From: Flavobacteriales bacterium
GTDB lineage: Bacteria > Bacteroidota > Bacteroidia > Flavobacteriales_D > Sanyastnellaceae
Assembly: GCA_036835325.1 (NCBI GenBank)
Contig: DAITMF010000012.1
Location: 5,479-69,478 of the forward strand
DNA length: 64,000 nucleotides
Reading direction: 5' to 3'
Position numbers and translations under genes: made by a program. The notes under the pieces were generated by a model. The model did not search any database and was not told where the DNA came from. It was given only the letters and a program-made list of their open reading frames with translations. Below, one piece after another: positions 26,397 through 37,918 of the stretch; the first letter of the stretch is position 1, and each line of letters opens with the position of its first letter.

Positions 26397-28547
26397 TCAG
26401 AGTTTAATCAATTGCTGCGATGAATTTCCAATCTTCATAAGGTATACGCCCGGGGCGAGGAGCGACACATTGATGTGTTCACCCGACCGAAGTACTTGCC
26501 CCGACAACAGCACACGTCCATCCAAACCATAAATTTCAAAATCGCCAATGGCATTCACACGTACCGATTCTCGCGCAGGGTTCGGGAATACACTGAAGGT
26601 CGCGTTGGCTGATTCATGGATCGTTGTTGCAAAAATCGTAGCGGAACCTGAGCAGCCGACGCTGTTGGTGACTTCAACGGTGTAGTCTCCGGCAGGGCCT
26701 TGGTATGGAATTGACTGTCCGTTCTCATTTGGAACCAATACTCCGTTGAAGAACCACGTATACGAAGCGAATGGTAAAGTGACCTCAACGCCGCTGCCGG
26801 TATCTTGGAGTTGCGGAGACGGATTCGAACTGACGTTAATTACTGGCCCCAGGCCGCTTGATATTAGCAGATTTGGACAAAGATCAGGCGCGATGGCAGC
26901 CACGTACTCACCCGGCTGAGTAACAATGAGTGGATTGTCGTTAACCCCTACAATTTCACTGCCATTGAGGAACCAAAATACGGTGCCATCGGCTCCGAGC
27001 GCTTCGAGTGTTGTCGACTCACCTTCACAAAGATCGGTCTCTGTAGATGCCACCACGGTTGGCGCAAACACCCATTGATCAACGGTAAGCGCATTCGATT
27101 GCACCACGCAATCGCCAAGAGTGACCACACACCAGAGCTCGAACAACACCAAATCGCTTGTGATGTCGAGCGTGTTCGAGTTTGCCCCCTCGATTGGCAT
27201 TGTGTTGCCGCCAAACATAGGTGTGCTGAACCATTGGTAGCTTTCAAAGCCCTCTGGTACAGAAGCCTCTTCGATGATGCCTTCGCAAATGATCAGTTCA
27301 TTGCCAAGGTCGATGTTGACTTCAAAATCACACGGATCACCTCCTGAGCTGTTCAGGCGCACGTTGTCAATGAACAAGGTAGAGCCGATTTCGGGAGTAA
27401 ACTGCGTTACGCCATTGAAACCTTCAGCGCTGGAAAAGAATGCGATTGCAACGTAGTTAACATCCATGAAGCCCATCATCCAAGCCAGGTCAATAGCGAA
27501 TTCAGTGTAGCTTGTTTGAGGTTCCAAAGTCGTTGCCCAAAAGGAAATTTCGGAGGGATCAGGCGACAGGGTTTCACTCATCACCACAACGACATACGCT
27601 GAATCACTCCCAACAGCGGTGTATTTGTAATCAAAGGTAAATCCATCAAAATCACCGGGCACGAAAATGGATGGCTCCAGGCCGTTATCACTGATTTGCC
27701 CCTGTGTAAGCAAGGCAGGTGTGGTGTTTCCGTCGACCTCTTGGGTGGTCAGCTGCACCGCAAAGTCACCCGACGATGCGTCGGTGGTTTGCTCAACTAG
27801 GTTAAGACCTGGAAAGATCAAACCTCCCCAAGCGGTGGGCTGAAAAACAATGGTTGCATTGAACCACTCTTCAAAATCGCCACCCGGAACGGTTTGATTG
27901 CTGCCCACGAATTGGAGGTTATCGACCTCGATGAAATCGCCTGGAAATACTTCTCCATCGTTTTCGAATACTGCATTGGTGGCAAATCCGACAACGCACT
28001 CATCCACTTCCGAAGGCAAAGCCGGAAAGATGTTGAATGTTTCGGTTTGAAAGCTGGCTTGGACTCCTGCAATGGGGAAGATGTACGTTCCCGGGAGGAG
28101 GTTACCGACACCCACCGGAACGCCATTTAATTTGAATTGCAGGATGACAAAGCCCGGTGAATTGGGGTTCACATTGTAGCGCAAGTCGCAACTAAAGGCA
28201 GAAACCGACTGATCGGTGAACGGGAAACCGTTTTCGAAGATGACTTCTTCTCCGTCATCTTCAGGTACGCTTCCCCAGATGGCGAAGCCAACCTCAGGGC
28301 CGAATTGGGTCATGGTTGACTCAATCCGCATAGCGCTGCCTCCACCACTGCCATTGACTTCGTACATTGAAAGTACTTGGTCAGAGAAGTAGGTGACTTC
28401 ATTTGACGAAATAAAGGAGACCGCATTCGCTACAGGTTCTTCAAACGTAGGTAGATTTTGCCATTGTTCGAAGCTCCCGTTGAGGAGTTGTGAAAGGAGG
28501 GCGAATGGGAATCCTCCACAGATGAGAAAGAGCAGGTGTTTGCGCAT
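26397..28547 (-). CDS. secreted protein with two tandem jelly-roll-like modules, an Ig-like region and a T9SS type A C-terminal sorting domain
   Basis: Signal MRKHLLFLICGGFPFALLSQ. The modules open with NGSFEQW and GGDFEEW. The C-terminus FSVFPNPARESVRVN...LLAPGVYLMKIGNSSQQLIKL is Por-CTD-like. Confidence 0.8.
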   Translation of the reverse strand: MRKHLLFLICGGFPFALLSQLLNGSFEQWQNLPTFEEPVANAVSFISSNEVTYFSDQVLSMYEVNGSGGGSAMRIESTMTQFGPEVGFAIWGSVPEDDGEEVIFENGFPFTDQSVSAFSCDLRYNVNPNSPGFVILQFKLNGVPVGVGNLLPGTYIFPIAGVQASFQTETFNIFPALPSEVDECVVGFATNAVFENDGEVFPGDFIEVDNLQFVGSNQTVPGGDFEEWFNATIVFQPTAWGGLIFPGLNLVEQTTDASSGDFAVQLTTQEVDGNTTPALLTQGQISDNGLEPSIFVPGDFDGFTFDYKYTAVGSDSAYVVVVMSETLSPDPSEISFWATTLEPQTSYTEFAIDLAWMMGFMDVNYVAIAFFSSAEGFNGVTQFTPEIGSTLFIDNVRLNSSGGDPCDFEVNIDLGNELIICEGIIEEASVPEGFESYQWFSTPMFGGNTMPIEGANSNTLDITSDLVLFELWCVVTLGDCVVQSNALTVDQWVFAPTVVASTETDLCEGESTTLEALGADGTVFWFLNGSEIVGVNDNPLIVTQPGEYVAAIAPDLCPNLLISSGLGPVINVSSNPSPQLQDTGSGVEVTLPFASYTWFFNGVLVPNENGQSIPYQGPAGDYTVEVTNSVGCSGSATIFATTIHESANATFSVFPNPARESVRVNAIGDFEIYGLDGRVLLSGQVLRSGEHINVSLLAPGVYLMKIGNSSQQLIKL

Positions 28548-28581
28548 AAAAAAGGTGTTAATTCCTCAAAATTAACACCTT
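28548..28581 (-). terminator. rho-independent terminator of eno
   Basis: Perfect 12-bp stem aaggtgttaatt / aattaacacctt (28552-63 / 28570-81). The U-run on the minus strand ends at the ATG of the next gene. Confidence 0.7.
28567..28574 (-). promoter_or_regulatory. possible Bacteroidota -7 box (TAATTTTG) for the 26397-28547 gene
   Basis: Exact TAnnTTTG match on the minus strand, 19 nt upstream of ATG 28547, lying inside the eno terminator hairpin. Confidence 0.25.
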
Positions 28582-28632
28582 CTGAAAATCAATCTACGTT
28601 TCAGTGAATCAGTTATTCACCAAAGGGGCTGT

Positions 28633-29916
<1,284 letters not shown>

Positions 29917-31026
29917 TTAAGAGTGTAAAAGCTCAGCGTTTTGATGGATGAGGGTTAAGAAATCATCGAAAAGGTAACGACTATCGTGCGGACCCGCTGA
30001 GGCTTCGGGGTGGTATTGCACACTGAATGCGGGTTTCGACTTCACTCGAATACCTGCAACAGTATCATCATTCAGATGGATGTGGGTAAGTTCGATGTCA
30101 GGGTTGGCATTAATGCTTGACCTTGACACTACAAAACCGTGATTTTGCGAAGTGATTTCGCATTTCCCGGTGAGGAGATTTTTAATGGGATGATTGACAC
30201 CGCGGTGGCCGTTGAACATTTTTTCGGTGGCCAAACCTTGGCTCAAGGCCAGAAGCTGGTGCCCAAGGCAGATACCGAAGACTGGGATTCCGGATGCGAC
30301 AAGTTTTGCTACTTCTTCGGCTTCCCTTTTCATGGCTGCAGGATCTCCTGGGCCATTTGAGAGCATTATTCCGCTAGGGTTTGAGGCAATAATGGTGTCG
30401 GCTTTTGTGCTTGCCGGATGGACGTCAACGCGGCAACCACGTTCGGTAAGGCAACGAACAATGTTGGTTTTGACCCCGTAATCCATCAAAGCGACATGTA
30501 CGGCACCACTAGGGTTGACCGTGTACGATTCTTGGGTGGTAACTTTGGATGAGAGCTCGAGGCCATCCATTGACGGGACCAATTTGACTTTCTTTTTGAG
30601 TTCTTCAGGATCAAGAATCTCGCTTGAAATCACGGCGTTCATGGCACCTTTTTGACGAATGTGCCTCACGAGCGAACGCGTATCAATGTCGGATATACCC
30701 ACGACGCCATCGCGTTCAAGGTAAGATTGTAGACTGCCGCTGGCAGATGTTCGGCTGAAGACATCGCTAAATTTCTTTACCACGAGGCCGGCAATTTTGA
30801 TGCCATTGGATTCGACTTCGTCGGGATGGACCCCGTAATTACCGATGTGCGAAGTGGCCATTGTCAGTATTTGACCGTAGTAGCTCGGATCGGTGAAGAT
30901 TTCTTGGTACCCATACATTCCGGTATTGAAGGCAATTTCACCTTCGGTGGTTCCTTTGGCTCCGATGGCGTAGCCTTGGAACACAGTACCATCTTCAAGT
31001 ACGAGATATGCGGGTGACTGACTCAT
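29917..31026 (-). CDS. carA: carbamoyl-phosphate synthase small (glutaminase) subunit
   Basis: True start ATG 31026 (MSQSPAYLVLEDGTVFQGYAIGAKG). GATase active site GICLGHQ. The track ORF's longer N-terminus overlaps rplQ and is low-complexity. Confidence 0.92.
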   Translation of the reverse strand: MSQSPAYLVLEDGTVFQGYAIGAKGTTEGEIAFNTGMYGYQEIFTDPSYYGQILTMATSHIGNYGVHPDEVESNGIKIAGLVVKKFSDVFSRTSASGSLQSYLERDGVVGISDIDTRSLVRHIRQKGAMNAVISSEILDPEELKKKVKLVPSMDGLELSSKVTTQESYTVNPSGAVHVALMDYGVKTNIVRCLTERGCRVDVHPASTKADTIIASNPSGIMLSNGPGDPAAMKREAEEVAKLVASGIPVFGICLGHQLLALSQGLATEKMFNGHRGVNHPIKNLLTGKCEITSQNHGFVVSRSSINANPDIELTHIHLNDDTVAGIRVKSKPAFSVQYHPEASAGPHDSRYLFDDFLTLIHQNAELLHS

Positions 31027-31044
31027 GGTTGGGCATTTCGCATG

Positions 31045-31052
31045 CAAAGATA
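31045..31052 (-). promoter_or_regulatory. possible -7 box (TATCTTTG) for carA-eno
   Basis: Exact TAnnTTTG match on the minus strand, 18 nt upstream of the carA ATG and downstream of the rplQ terminator. Confidence 0.3.
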
Positions 31053-31112
31053 CACGAAACGACGGAGGAAGGTTAAGCCATTTGGCGTGTGTTTTATCCA
31101 CACGATAGCGAC

Positions 31113-31143
31113 AAAAAAAGAGGGAAGCCAGTGGCCTCCCTCT
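31113..31143 (-). terminator. rho-independent terminator ending the ribosomal/alpha operon
   Basis: Stem agagggaagcc / ggcctccctct with one mismatch, then a 7-U run on the minus strand (A-run 31113-31119). Confidence 0.75.
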
Positions 31144-31168
31144 CGACAAACAGGAACAACTACCTGAC

Positions 31169-31726
31169 TTAGTCTTTCTTTTCTTCGTCAGTACCTTCAG
31201 CAGCTTCGCCGGCATTGTCGGCTTGTTCAGCCGTTGGAGCTTCTGCGGCCGGGGCAACAGTTGCTTCTTCAGCTGCCTCAGCGGCAGGAGCTGCTTCATC
31301 TTTCTTCTTCGCACCGCCACGACGAGCACGACGTGCGCGGGTCTTCTTCTCTTCACGACCGTAGATTTCGTTGAAATCAACGAGTTCGATCAAACACATT
31401 TCAGCGCTATCACCGAGGCGGAACCCGGTGCGGATGATGCGTGTGTACCCTCCTTCACGGTTGCTCACCTTTGGTGCAACTTCGCGGAACAATTCGGTAA
31501 CAGCGTGTTTGTTTTTCAAGTAGCTAAAGCATACACGACGAGAGTGCGTCGAGTCTTCTTTAGATCGGTTAATTAGTGGCTCAACGTATTTACGGAGCTC
31601 CTTAGCCTTGGCCACAGTTGTGGTAATGCGCTTGTGCTCGATGAGCGAACAAGCCATGTTCGAGAGCAGGGCCTTGCGGTGACCTGTCTTACGTCCAAGG
31701 TGGTTGAATTTTTTACCGTGCCTCAT
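31169..31726 (-). CDS. rplQ: 50S ribosomal protein L17 (with an Ala/Glu/Lys-rich C-terminal tail)
   Basis: [25 protein letters not shown]...; last gene of the alpha operon. Confidence 0.96.
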   Translation of the reverse strand: MRHGKKFNHLGRKTGHRKALLSNMACSLIEHKRITTTVAKAKELRKYVEPLINRSKEDSTHSRRVCFSYLKNKHAVTELFREVAPKVSNREGGYTRIIRTGFRLGDSAEMCLIELVDFNEIYGREEKKTRARRARRGGAKKKDEAAPAAEAAEEATVAPAAEAPTAEQADNAGEAAEGTDEEKKD

Positions 31727-31759
31727 GGGTTTAGGTGTTCAACAGACGCGTCTGTTCGG

Positions 31760-32752
31760 TTATTCTTTATCCAATTTGTACTTAGCCACGTTCATACCGA
31801 ACGACAGGCCCTTTGTGTCAACAAGGTCTTCGAGCTCAGTGAGCGACTTCTTACCGAAGTTACGGAACTTAAGCAAGTCGTTCTTGTTGTATGAGACAAG
31901 ATCGCCGAGGGTTTCGATATCTGCTGCTTTCAGGCAGTTCAATGCGCGCACAGAGAGGTCCATATCGACCAATTTGGTTTTGAGCAATTGACGCATGTGC
32001 AGCGAGGTCTCGTCGAACTCTTCTGTTTCAGTTTTCTCCTCGTTCTCCAACGTGATGCGTTCATCGCTGAACAGCATAAAGTGGTGGATGAGGATTTTTG
32101 CAGCTTCTTGCAGCGCATCTTTTGGTGAGATGCTGCCATCGCACTCCAAGTCGATTACGAGTTTTTCGTAGTCGGTTTTTTGCTCTACACGGAAGTTCTC
32201 GATGGTGTAACGTACGTTACGGATCGGTGTGTAGATGGAGTCAATTGCGATAGTGCCTACAGGTGCGCTCGCATCTTTATTCTCTTCAGCGGGGACGTAT
32301 CCACGGCCTTTACCGATGCGAATTTCGATGTTAACCTTCACTTTGCCATCCATGTTGCAAATCACCAAATCGGGATTTAGCACTTGGAAAGCTGAAGTAA
32401 ACTTGCCGATGTCGCCTGCAGTGAACTGCGATTGACCTGAGAGGCTCACCAAAACGCGTTCTTCGTCAGTACCGTCGATTTGTTGTTTGAAGCGCACTTG
32501 CTTCATGTTGAGAATCATCTCAGTTACGTCTTCAACAATACCTTTTACGGTCGAGAATTCGTGATCAACCCCTTCCATTTTGAAGTGGGTGATGGCGAAG
32601 CCTTCGAGCGAAGAAAGGAGTACCCTGCGGAGGGCGTTTCCGATGGTTATACCGAACCCTGGTTCGAGCGGACGAAATTCAAATTGTCCTTTGAAATCAT
32701 CGGCCTCGAGGAGGATGACCTTATCGGGTTTCTGGAAATCAAGAATTGCCAT
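31760..32752 (-). CDS. rpoA: DNA-directed RNA polymerase subunit alpha
   Basis: 330 aa, [12 protein letters not shown]...[11 protein letters not shown]...; C-terminal domain with [10 protein letters not shown]. Confidence 0.97.
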   Translation of the reverse strand: MAILDFQKPDKVILLEADDFKGQFEFRPLEPGFGITIGNALRRVLLSSLEGFAITHFKMEGVDHEFSTVKGIVEDVTEMILNMKQVRFKQQIDGTDEERVLVSLSGQSQFTAGDIGKFTSAFQVLNPDLVICNMDGKVKVNIEIRIGKGRGYVPAEENKDASAPVGTIAIDSIYTPIRNVRYTIENFRVEQKTDYEKLVIDLECDGSISPKDALQEAAKILIHHFMLFSDERITLENEEKTETEEFDETSLHMRQLLKTKLVDMDLSVRALNCLKAADIETLGDLVSYNKNDLLKFRNFGKKSLTELEDLVDTKGLSFGMNVAKYKLDKE

Positions 32753-32769
32753 TACAAGGGTGTTAAAGA

Positions 32770-33375
32770 TTATTTCGAGTACAATTCGACGATCAGCTGT
32801 TCCTTGATGTTCTCAGGGATTTGATCGCGCATTGGAGCACTGATGAAAGTACCGCGCATGTCGGTGTTGTTCCAGTCGAGCCAATCGTACTGCTTGCGGT
32901 TGGCAGAAAGTGATGAAGAGATTACTTCAAGCGACTTCGACTTCTCGCGCACTGCGATAACATCACCTGGGCGCAATTGGTAGCTAGGGATGTTAACCAC
33001 TGCACCATTGACAGTGATGTGACGGTGGCCTACAAGTTGACGTGCACCGCTGCGTGTTGGGGAAATCCCGAGACGGTAAACGGTGTTATCGAGGCGTGAT
33101 TCGCAGAGCTGGAGCAGGTTTTCACCGGTAATACCAGTCTTTGACGAAGCCTTTTTGAAGAGGTTCGAGAATTGGCGTTCAAGAATACCGTAAGTGTGCT
33201 TAGCCTTCTGCTTTTCAGCGAGCTGCACCGAGTATTCAGACGCTTTCGAACGACGTTTATTTGGGCCGTGCTGACCGGGAGGGTAAGCGCGGCGTTCGAG
33301 TGCTTTATCTGGGCCAAAAATTGGCTCACGGAATCGACGGGCGATTTTGGATTTGGGTCCTCTATAACGTGCCAT
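32770..33375 (-). CDS. rpsD: 30S ribosomal protein S4
   Basis: [15 protein letters not shown]...; 201 aa. Confidence 0.97.
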   Translation of the reverse strand: MARYRGPKSKIARRFREPIFGPDKALERRAYPPGQHGPNKRRSKASEYSVQLAEKQKAKHTYGILERQFSNLFKKASSKTGITGENLLQLCESRLDNTVYRLGISPTRSGARQLVGHRHITVNGAVVNIPSYQLRPGDVIAVREKSKSLEVISSSLSANRKQYDWLDWNNTDMRGTFISAPMRDQIPENIKEQLIVELYSK

Positions 33376-33393
33376 GATCTTCTGTTTAAATAA

Positions 33394-33777
33394 TTAGACG
33401 CGACGACGTTTCGGCGGACGACACCCGTTGTGGGGCAGCGGCGTCACGTCAATGATTTCGATTACTTCAATCCCCATGTTGTGGAGGGTACGGATGGCCG
33501 ATTCACGGCCGGCACCAGGGCCTTTCACGAGTACGCGAACTTTTCGCAACCCATATTCAAAGGCCTCTTTACCACAATCCTCTGCAGCAACCTGCGCAGC
33601 ATAAGGAGTGTTTTTCTTAGATCCGCGGAAACCCATCTTTCCTGCAGAAGACCATGAAATCACCTGTCCCTGGTTGTTTGTAAGGGAGATGATAATGTTG
33701 TTGAAAGTAGACTGGATATGCGCCTCACCTGAGGCCTCCACGTTTACCTTCTTTCTCTTTTTGACATTCTTTGCCAT
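33394..33777 (-). CDS. rpsK: 30S ribosomal protein S11
   Basis: ...[18 protein letters not shown]...[13 protein letters not shown]. Confidence 0.97.
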   Translation of the reverse strand: MAKNVKKRKKVNVEASGEAHIQSTFNNIIISLTNNQGQVISWSSAGKMGFRGSKKNTPYAAQVAAEDCGKEAFEYGLRKVRVLVKGPGAGRESAIRTLHNMGIEVIEIIDVTPLPHNGCRPPKRRRV

Positions 33778-33840
33778 AATGCTTGGTATTCAGGTAATCA
33801 GTCCTACTAAGGGACTCCATATTGCCGAACGGCTCAATGA

Positions 33841-34218
33841 TTATTTAGTAGCCTTTTTCTTGTTCGCAACTGTCTTACGCTTGCCCTTGCGGGTGCGTGA
33901 GTTGTTCTTGGTGCGTTGACCGCGAAGGGGCAAACCTACACGGTGACGAATTCCGCGGTAGCAGCCAATGTCCATCAAACGTTTGATGTTCATTTGTGTT
34001 TCCGAGCGGAGTTCACCCTCAACCTTGAAGTTTGAGCCGATTGCACCGCGAATACCTGCGAGGTCTTCGTCGTTCCAATCAGCGATTTTCTTATCGGGGT
34101 TAACGTTCGCCATTTCGAGGATTTGACGTGCACGTGTACGACCGATACCGTAGATGTAAGTCAAACCGATCGCTCCGCGCTTGTTTCTCGGAAGGTCGAC
34201 TCCAGCAATCCTTGCCAT
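33841..34218 (-). CDS. rpsM: 30S ribosomal protein S13
   Basis: [14 protein letters not shown]...[18 protein letters not shown]. Confidence 0.97.
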   Translation of the reverse strand: MARIAGVDLPRNKRGAIGLTYIYGIGRTRARQILEMANVNPDKKIADWNDEDLAGIRGAIGSNFKVEGELRSETQMNIKRLMDIGCYRGIRHRVGLPLRGQRTKNNSRTRKGKRKTVANKKKATK

Positions 34219-34249
34219 AACTATTGTGTGTTTGATGACACGTCAGGGA

Positions 34250-34366
34250 TTATCCCTGACGTTGCTTCAGTTTAGGGTTCTTCTTGTTAATTACGTAGAG
34301 GCGTCCCTTTCTGCGAACGATCTTGCACTCTGCTGACCGTTTTTTGAGTGATGCACGTACCTTCAT
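34250..34366 (-). CDS. rpmJ: 50S ribosomal protein L36
   Basis: Below the track cutoff. Hand translation: [38 protein letters not shown]. It lies between infA and rpsM as expected. Confidence 0.92.
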   Translation of the reverse strand: MKVRASLKKRSAECKIVRRKGRLYVINKKNPKLKQRQG

Positions 34367-34368
34367 GG

Positions 34369-34590
34369 CTACTTCTTGTATCTGAAACTAATTCGACCTT
34401 TTGTTAAATCGTATGGCGACATTTCCACCTTCACCCTGTCACCGGGCAAGATTCGGATGTAGTGCATCCTCATCTTTCCGGAGATATGAGCCGTAATTAC
34501 GTGACCGTTTTCCAGCTCCACTCTGAACATAGCGTTCGAGAGTGCCTCAATGATGGTTCCGTCTTGTTCTATCGACGTTTGTTTCGCCAT
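34369..34590 (-). CDS. infA: translation initiation factor IF-1
   Basis: [30 protein letters not shown]...; 73 aa. Confidence 0.97.
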   Translation of the reverse strand: MAKQTSIEQDGTIIEALSNAMFRVELENGHVITAHISGKMRMHYIRILPGDRVKVEMSPYDLTKGRISFRYKK

Positions 34591-34591
34591 A

Positions 34592-35389
34592 TTATGTTGT
34601 CTTGCGTATTCCTAACGCTTCTTCTATCCATTCAAACGTTGACAATACCTCTGCTTTTCCTTCTCTCACAACTACGTCGTGTTCAAAGTGTGCGCTTGGC
34701 TTTCCGTCGCCGGTAACGATTGTCCATCCGTCACTTTTCTGACGAACCGATTTCGTTCCCATGTTGATCATTGGCTCTATAGCCAAAACCAAACCGGGTT
34801 GCAAACGTACACCATTTCCGCGACGTCCGTAGTTAGGAACTTCTGGAGCTTCATGAAGCTCCCGTCCCAAACCGTGTCCTACGAGTTCTCGAACAACCCC
34901 ATAACCGTTTGTTTCCGCATGGTTTTGAATTGCGAAGCCGAGATCTCCCATGCGGTTGCCCGCAATTGCGGCCTCGATTCCAAGCTCGAGACATTCTTTG
35001 GTGACGCGCAGTAGTTTCTCAATTTCTTCAGAGACTACGCCCACCGGAAAGGTGTACGCTGAATCTCCATAAAAACCGCTCTTCAACACGCCACAATCAA
35101 CCGAAACAATGTCACCTTCTTGCAATGGTGTATTGTTAGGGATACCATGAACAACTTGATCGTTTACGCTCGTACAGAGTGAATTTGGAAATCCACCATA
35201 TCCAAGGAAACCGGGAGTTGCGCCATGATCGCGGATGCAAGCTTCAGCAATCCGATCGAGGTCTAAGGTTGTTACACCCGGACGAATTGCTTTGGCCACT
35301 TCTGCCAAGGTTTTGCCAACAAGTAAAGAACTTTCCCGGAGGAGCTCTATCTCCTCTTCGGTTTTATAATAAATCTTACGTCCACCCAT
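34592..35389 (-). CDS. map: type I methionine aminopeptidase
   Basis: 265 aa with metal-ligand contexts [14 protein letters not shown] and IEPMI. Confidence 0.95.
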   Translation of the reverse strand: MGGRKIYYKTEEEIELLRESSLLVGKTLAEVAKAIRPGVTTLDLDRIAEACIRDHGATPGFLGYGGFPNSLCTSVNDQVVHGIPNNTPLQEGDIVSVDCGVLKSGFYGDSAYTFPVGVVSEEIEKLLRVTKECLELGIEAAIAGNRMGDLGFAIQNHAETNGYGVVRELVGHGLGRELHEAPEVPNYGRRGNGVRLQPGLVLAIEPMINMGTKSVRQKSDGWTIVTGDGKPSAHFEHDVVVREGKAEVLSTFEWIEEALGIRKTT

Positions 35390-35390
35390 A

Positions 35391-36737
35391 TCAGCCAGCG
35401 ATTCCGCTCACCGGTGAGTTTTGACGTCCACGAAGTTTTCCTGACTTCATCAAACCGTCGTAATGACGACTCAAGAGGTGACTGTCAACTTGTTGCAATG
35501 TGTCTAGGATAACGCCGACCATGATGAGTAGCGAGGTTCCTCCGAAGAAAATTGCAAACGATTGTGCATTGGTCAATCCCAAGCGGAAGACGATTGCAGG
35601 TAAAATTGCAATCAGCCCAAGGAAAATGGAACCAGGAAGGGTAATGCGTGAAAGCACCCCGTCAAGGAACTCAGCAGTTGCGCGGCCAGGTTTTACACCG
35701 GGAACAAAACTACCTTGGCGCTTAAGGTCTTCGGCCATTTGGTTTGGGTTAACTGTAATCGCCGTGTAGAAGTAGGTAAATACCACAATCATCAAAAAGA
35801 AGATCATGTTGTACCAAAAGCCGTTGAAATCACCCAATTCAATCAAAATTTGATTGCTCTGGAAAGTTTCGGTTTGGGTCAGGTACAAGGGCACAAACAT
35901 GATTGCTTGAGCAAAGATGATTGGCATTACACCGGCTGAGTTCAATTTCAAAGGAATGTATGACCGTTGTCCTTCGCCTGTAGGCATGTAGGTCCCCCCT
36001 TGCATGGTTTTGGCCAGCTGTACGGGTACACGACGCACCGCCTGTACAAGTGCCACGCTCGCACCAATCACAATCAACAATGCAGCAATCTCAATTAAGA
36101 AGAAGTAAAACTTCGTTTGCGGTAGAGAGAACTCTTGAATGATCGCTTGAGGGAAGGTGGCGATGATCCCAATCATAATCAGCAACGAAATACCGTTTCC
36201 GATTCCTTTATCGGTAATTCGTTCACCCAGCCACATGATCAGGAGGGTGCTTGCAGTAAGAATAATCACTGACGATACCCACCAAAACGAACCACTATCT
36301 GGCACTGCACCTTCCACAGAAACAACTGTTGAAGCCAAGTAACCGGGAGCCTGCACCAAGGTAATGGCGATGGTCAGGAAGCGGGTCCATTGATTGATTT
36401 TCTTGCGACCGCTTTCACCATCACTTTGCATTTTCTGTACCGAAGGCACTGCGATGCTCAGAAGCTGAATAATGATCGAAGCACTGATGTACGGCATAAT
36501 ACCCAGCGCAAAGATTGATGCACGGGTGAATGCTCCACCAGTAAAGAGGGCTAGGAGGCCGCCAAGGCCCGATTCACCCAAGTCCATTTGCTGTGACAAG
36601 GCATCAGAATTGACGCCTGGTAGCACAATAAACGAACCGATACGGTAAACAAGAATAAACCCAAAGGTGATGAGGATTTTCTTACGGAGTTCCTCGTGTT
36701 GGTAGATATCCTTGATTTTCTGAAAAAAGTTTTTCAT
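35391..36737 (-). CDS. secY: preprotein translocase subunit SecY
   Basis: 448 aa, multi-TM, containing LFALGIMPYISASIIIQLL. Confidence 0.97.
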   Translation of the reverse strand: MKNFFQKIKDIYQHEELRKKILITFGFILVYRIGSFIVLPGVNSDALSQQMDLGESGLGGLLALFTGGAFTRASIFALGIMPYISASIIIQLLSIAVPSVQKMQSDGESGRKKINQWTRFLTIAITLVQAPGYLASTVVSVEGAVPDSGSFWWVSSVIILTASTLLIMWLGERITDKGIGNGISLLIMIGIIATFPQAIIQEFSLPQTKFYFFLIEIAALLIVIGASVALVQAVRRVPVQLAKTMQGGTYMPTGEGQRSYIPLKLNSAGVMPIIFAQAIMFVPLYLTQTETFQSNQILIELGDFNGFWYNMIFFLMIVVFTYFYTAITVNPNQMAEDLKRQGSFVPGVKPGRATAEFLDGVLSRITLPGSIFLGLIAILPAIVFRLGLTNAQSFAIFFGGTSLLIMVGVILDTLQQVDSHLLSRHYDGLMKSGKLRGRQNSPVSGIAG

Positions 36738-36748
36738 CGCTGTAAAGC

Positions 36749-37195
36749 TTAGAGTGTAGAAACGCTTCCGCCTTGTGCTTCGATTGCTGCTTGAGCAGTA
36801 GCAGAAAACTTGTGAGCGCTTACGTCTACTTTTTGCTTGAGTTCGCCTCGACCGAGAATTTTAATCAAGTCACGCTTCGAAGCGAGACCGTTTGCGACAA
36901 GAACCTCGGGGGTTACAGCGGTTAATGATTTACGCTCCATCAGCTCTTGAATGGTATCGAGGTTGATACCCTTGTATTCAACGCGATTGCGGTTTTTGAA
37001 TCCGAATTTCGGAACACGGCGCTGCAATGGCATCTGACCACCTTCGAAACCGATTTTCGATTTGTAGCCTGAACGCGATTTAGCTCCTTTGTGGCCTCGT
37101 GTAGAAGTGCCTCCGTGTCCGGAGCCTTCACCTCGACCAACTCGCTTGCGCTGCTTAACGGATCCTTCCGCTGGTTTAAGGTTGCTCAAATTCAT
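36749..37195 (-). CDS. rplO: 50S ribosomal protein L15
   Basis: MNLSNLKPAEGSVKQRKRVGRGEGSGHGGTSTRGHKG. Confidence 0.97.
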   Translation of the reverse strand: MNLSNLKPAEGSVKQRKRVGRGEGSGHGGTSTRGHKGAKSRSGYKSKIGFEGGQMPLQRRVPKFGFKNRNRVEYKGINLDTIQELMERKSLTAVTPEVLVANGLASKRDLIKILGRGELKQKVDVSAHKFSATAQAAIEAQGGSVSTL

Positions 37196-37206
37196 GATTG
37201 AAAAAA

Positions 37207-37386
37207 TTACTTCTGTTCAACTTTAACGAGGTGAGTCACTTTATTGATCATCCCCATGATTTGTGGAGTTGCCTCCTTTTCTACCGGTACATTCAGCTTC
37301 TTAATCCCGAGCGCCTTGATAGTTTCCTTCTGACGTTTCGGACGATTGATGGCGCTGCGCACCTGTGTGATAATGACTTTTGCCAT
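37207..37386 (-). CDS. rpmD: 50S ribosomal protein L30
   Basis: 59 aa, below the track cutoff. Hand translation: MAKVIITQVRSAINRPKRQKETIKALGIKKLNVPVEKEATPQIMGMINKVTHLVKVEQK*. Confidence 0.92.
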   Translation of the reverse strand: MAKVIITQVRSAINRPKRQKETIKALGIKKLNVPVEKEATPQIMGMINKVTHLVKVEQK

Positions 37387-37396
37387 GACTGCAAAA

Positions 37397-37912
37397 TTAA
37401 CCTTTGTATACTTGATTCACAGAAATTCCGCGAAGTTCGGCAATTTCACGAGCGTCACGCAATTGGCTAAGCGCTGTGAAAGTAGCTTTCACTACGTTGT
37501 GCGGGTTTGAAGAACCCAATGACTTAGCGAGTACGTCACGAACGCCTACGCTTTCGAGTACTGCACGCATCGCACCACCGGCGATTACTCCAGTACCTGA
37601 AGCAGCGGGTTTGATGAGCACTTTAGCACCACCAAAGCGAGCCAATTGTGCATGTGGGATAGTTCCATTGTGAACAGGAACCTTGATCAGGTTCTTTTTA
37701 GCGTCTTCAATGGCCTTGGTGATTGCAGTAGTGACTTCCTTAGCCTTGCCAAGTCCGTGACCAACAACACCATTTTCATCTCCAACTACAACGATAGCGC
37801 TGAAGCTGAAGGTACGTCCACCCTTGGTCACTTTCGTAACACGGTTAACCGCTACCAGACGATCTTTGAGTTCAATGTCCGTAGCACGGACTGAGCGAAG
37901 TTGCGTTGCCAT
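37397..37912 (-). CDS. rpsE: 30S ribosomal protein S5
   Basis: ...[31 protein letters not shown]... Confidence 0.97.
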   Translation of the reverse strand: MATQLRSVRATDIELKDRLVAVNRVTKVTKGGRTFSFSAIVVVGDENGVVGHGLGKAKEVTTAITKAIEDAKKNLIKVPVHNGTIPHAQLARFGGAKVLIKPAASGTGVIAGGAMRAVLESVGVRDVLAKSLGSSNPHNVVKATFTALSQLRDAREIAELRGISVNQVYKG

Positions 37913-37918
37913 AATTTC

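Noticed and set aside
31169-31350. Ala/Glu/Lys-rich C-terminal tails on L17 (and on S12 and S3) as something unusual
   Set aside because: Low-complexity extensions on Bacteroidota r-proteins are common to my knowledge. The tail is in-frame and continuous with the conserved core.
31027-31380. 118-aa N-terminal extension of the carA ORF
   Set aside because: It overlaps rplQ in another frame, crosses the operon terminator (31113-31143) and is Arg/Lys-rich junk. The canonical CarA N-terminus starts at ATG 31026.
31741-31756. 16-nt palindrome aacagacgcgtctgtt between rpoA and rplQ
   Set aside because: The small stem has no U-run. Such spacers are common in alpha operons, and the evidence is insufficient to call an attenuator.
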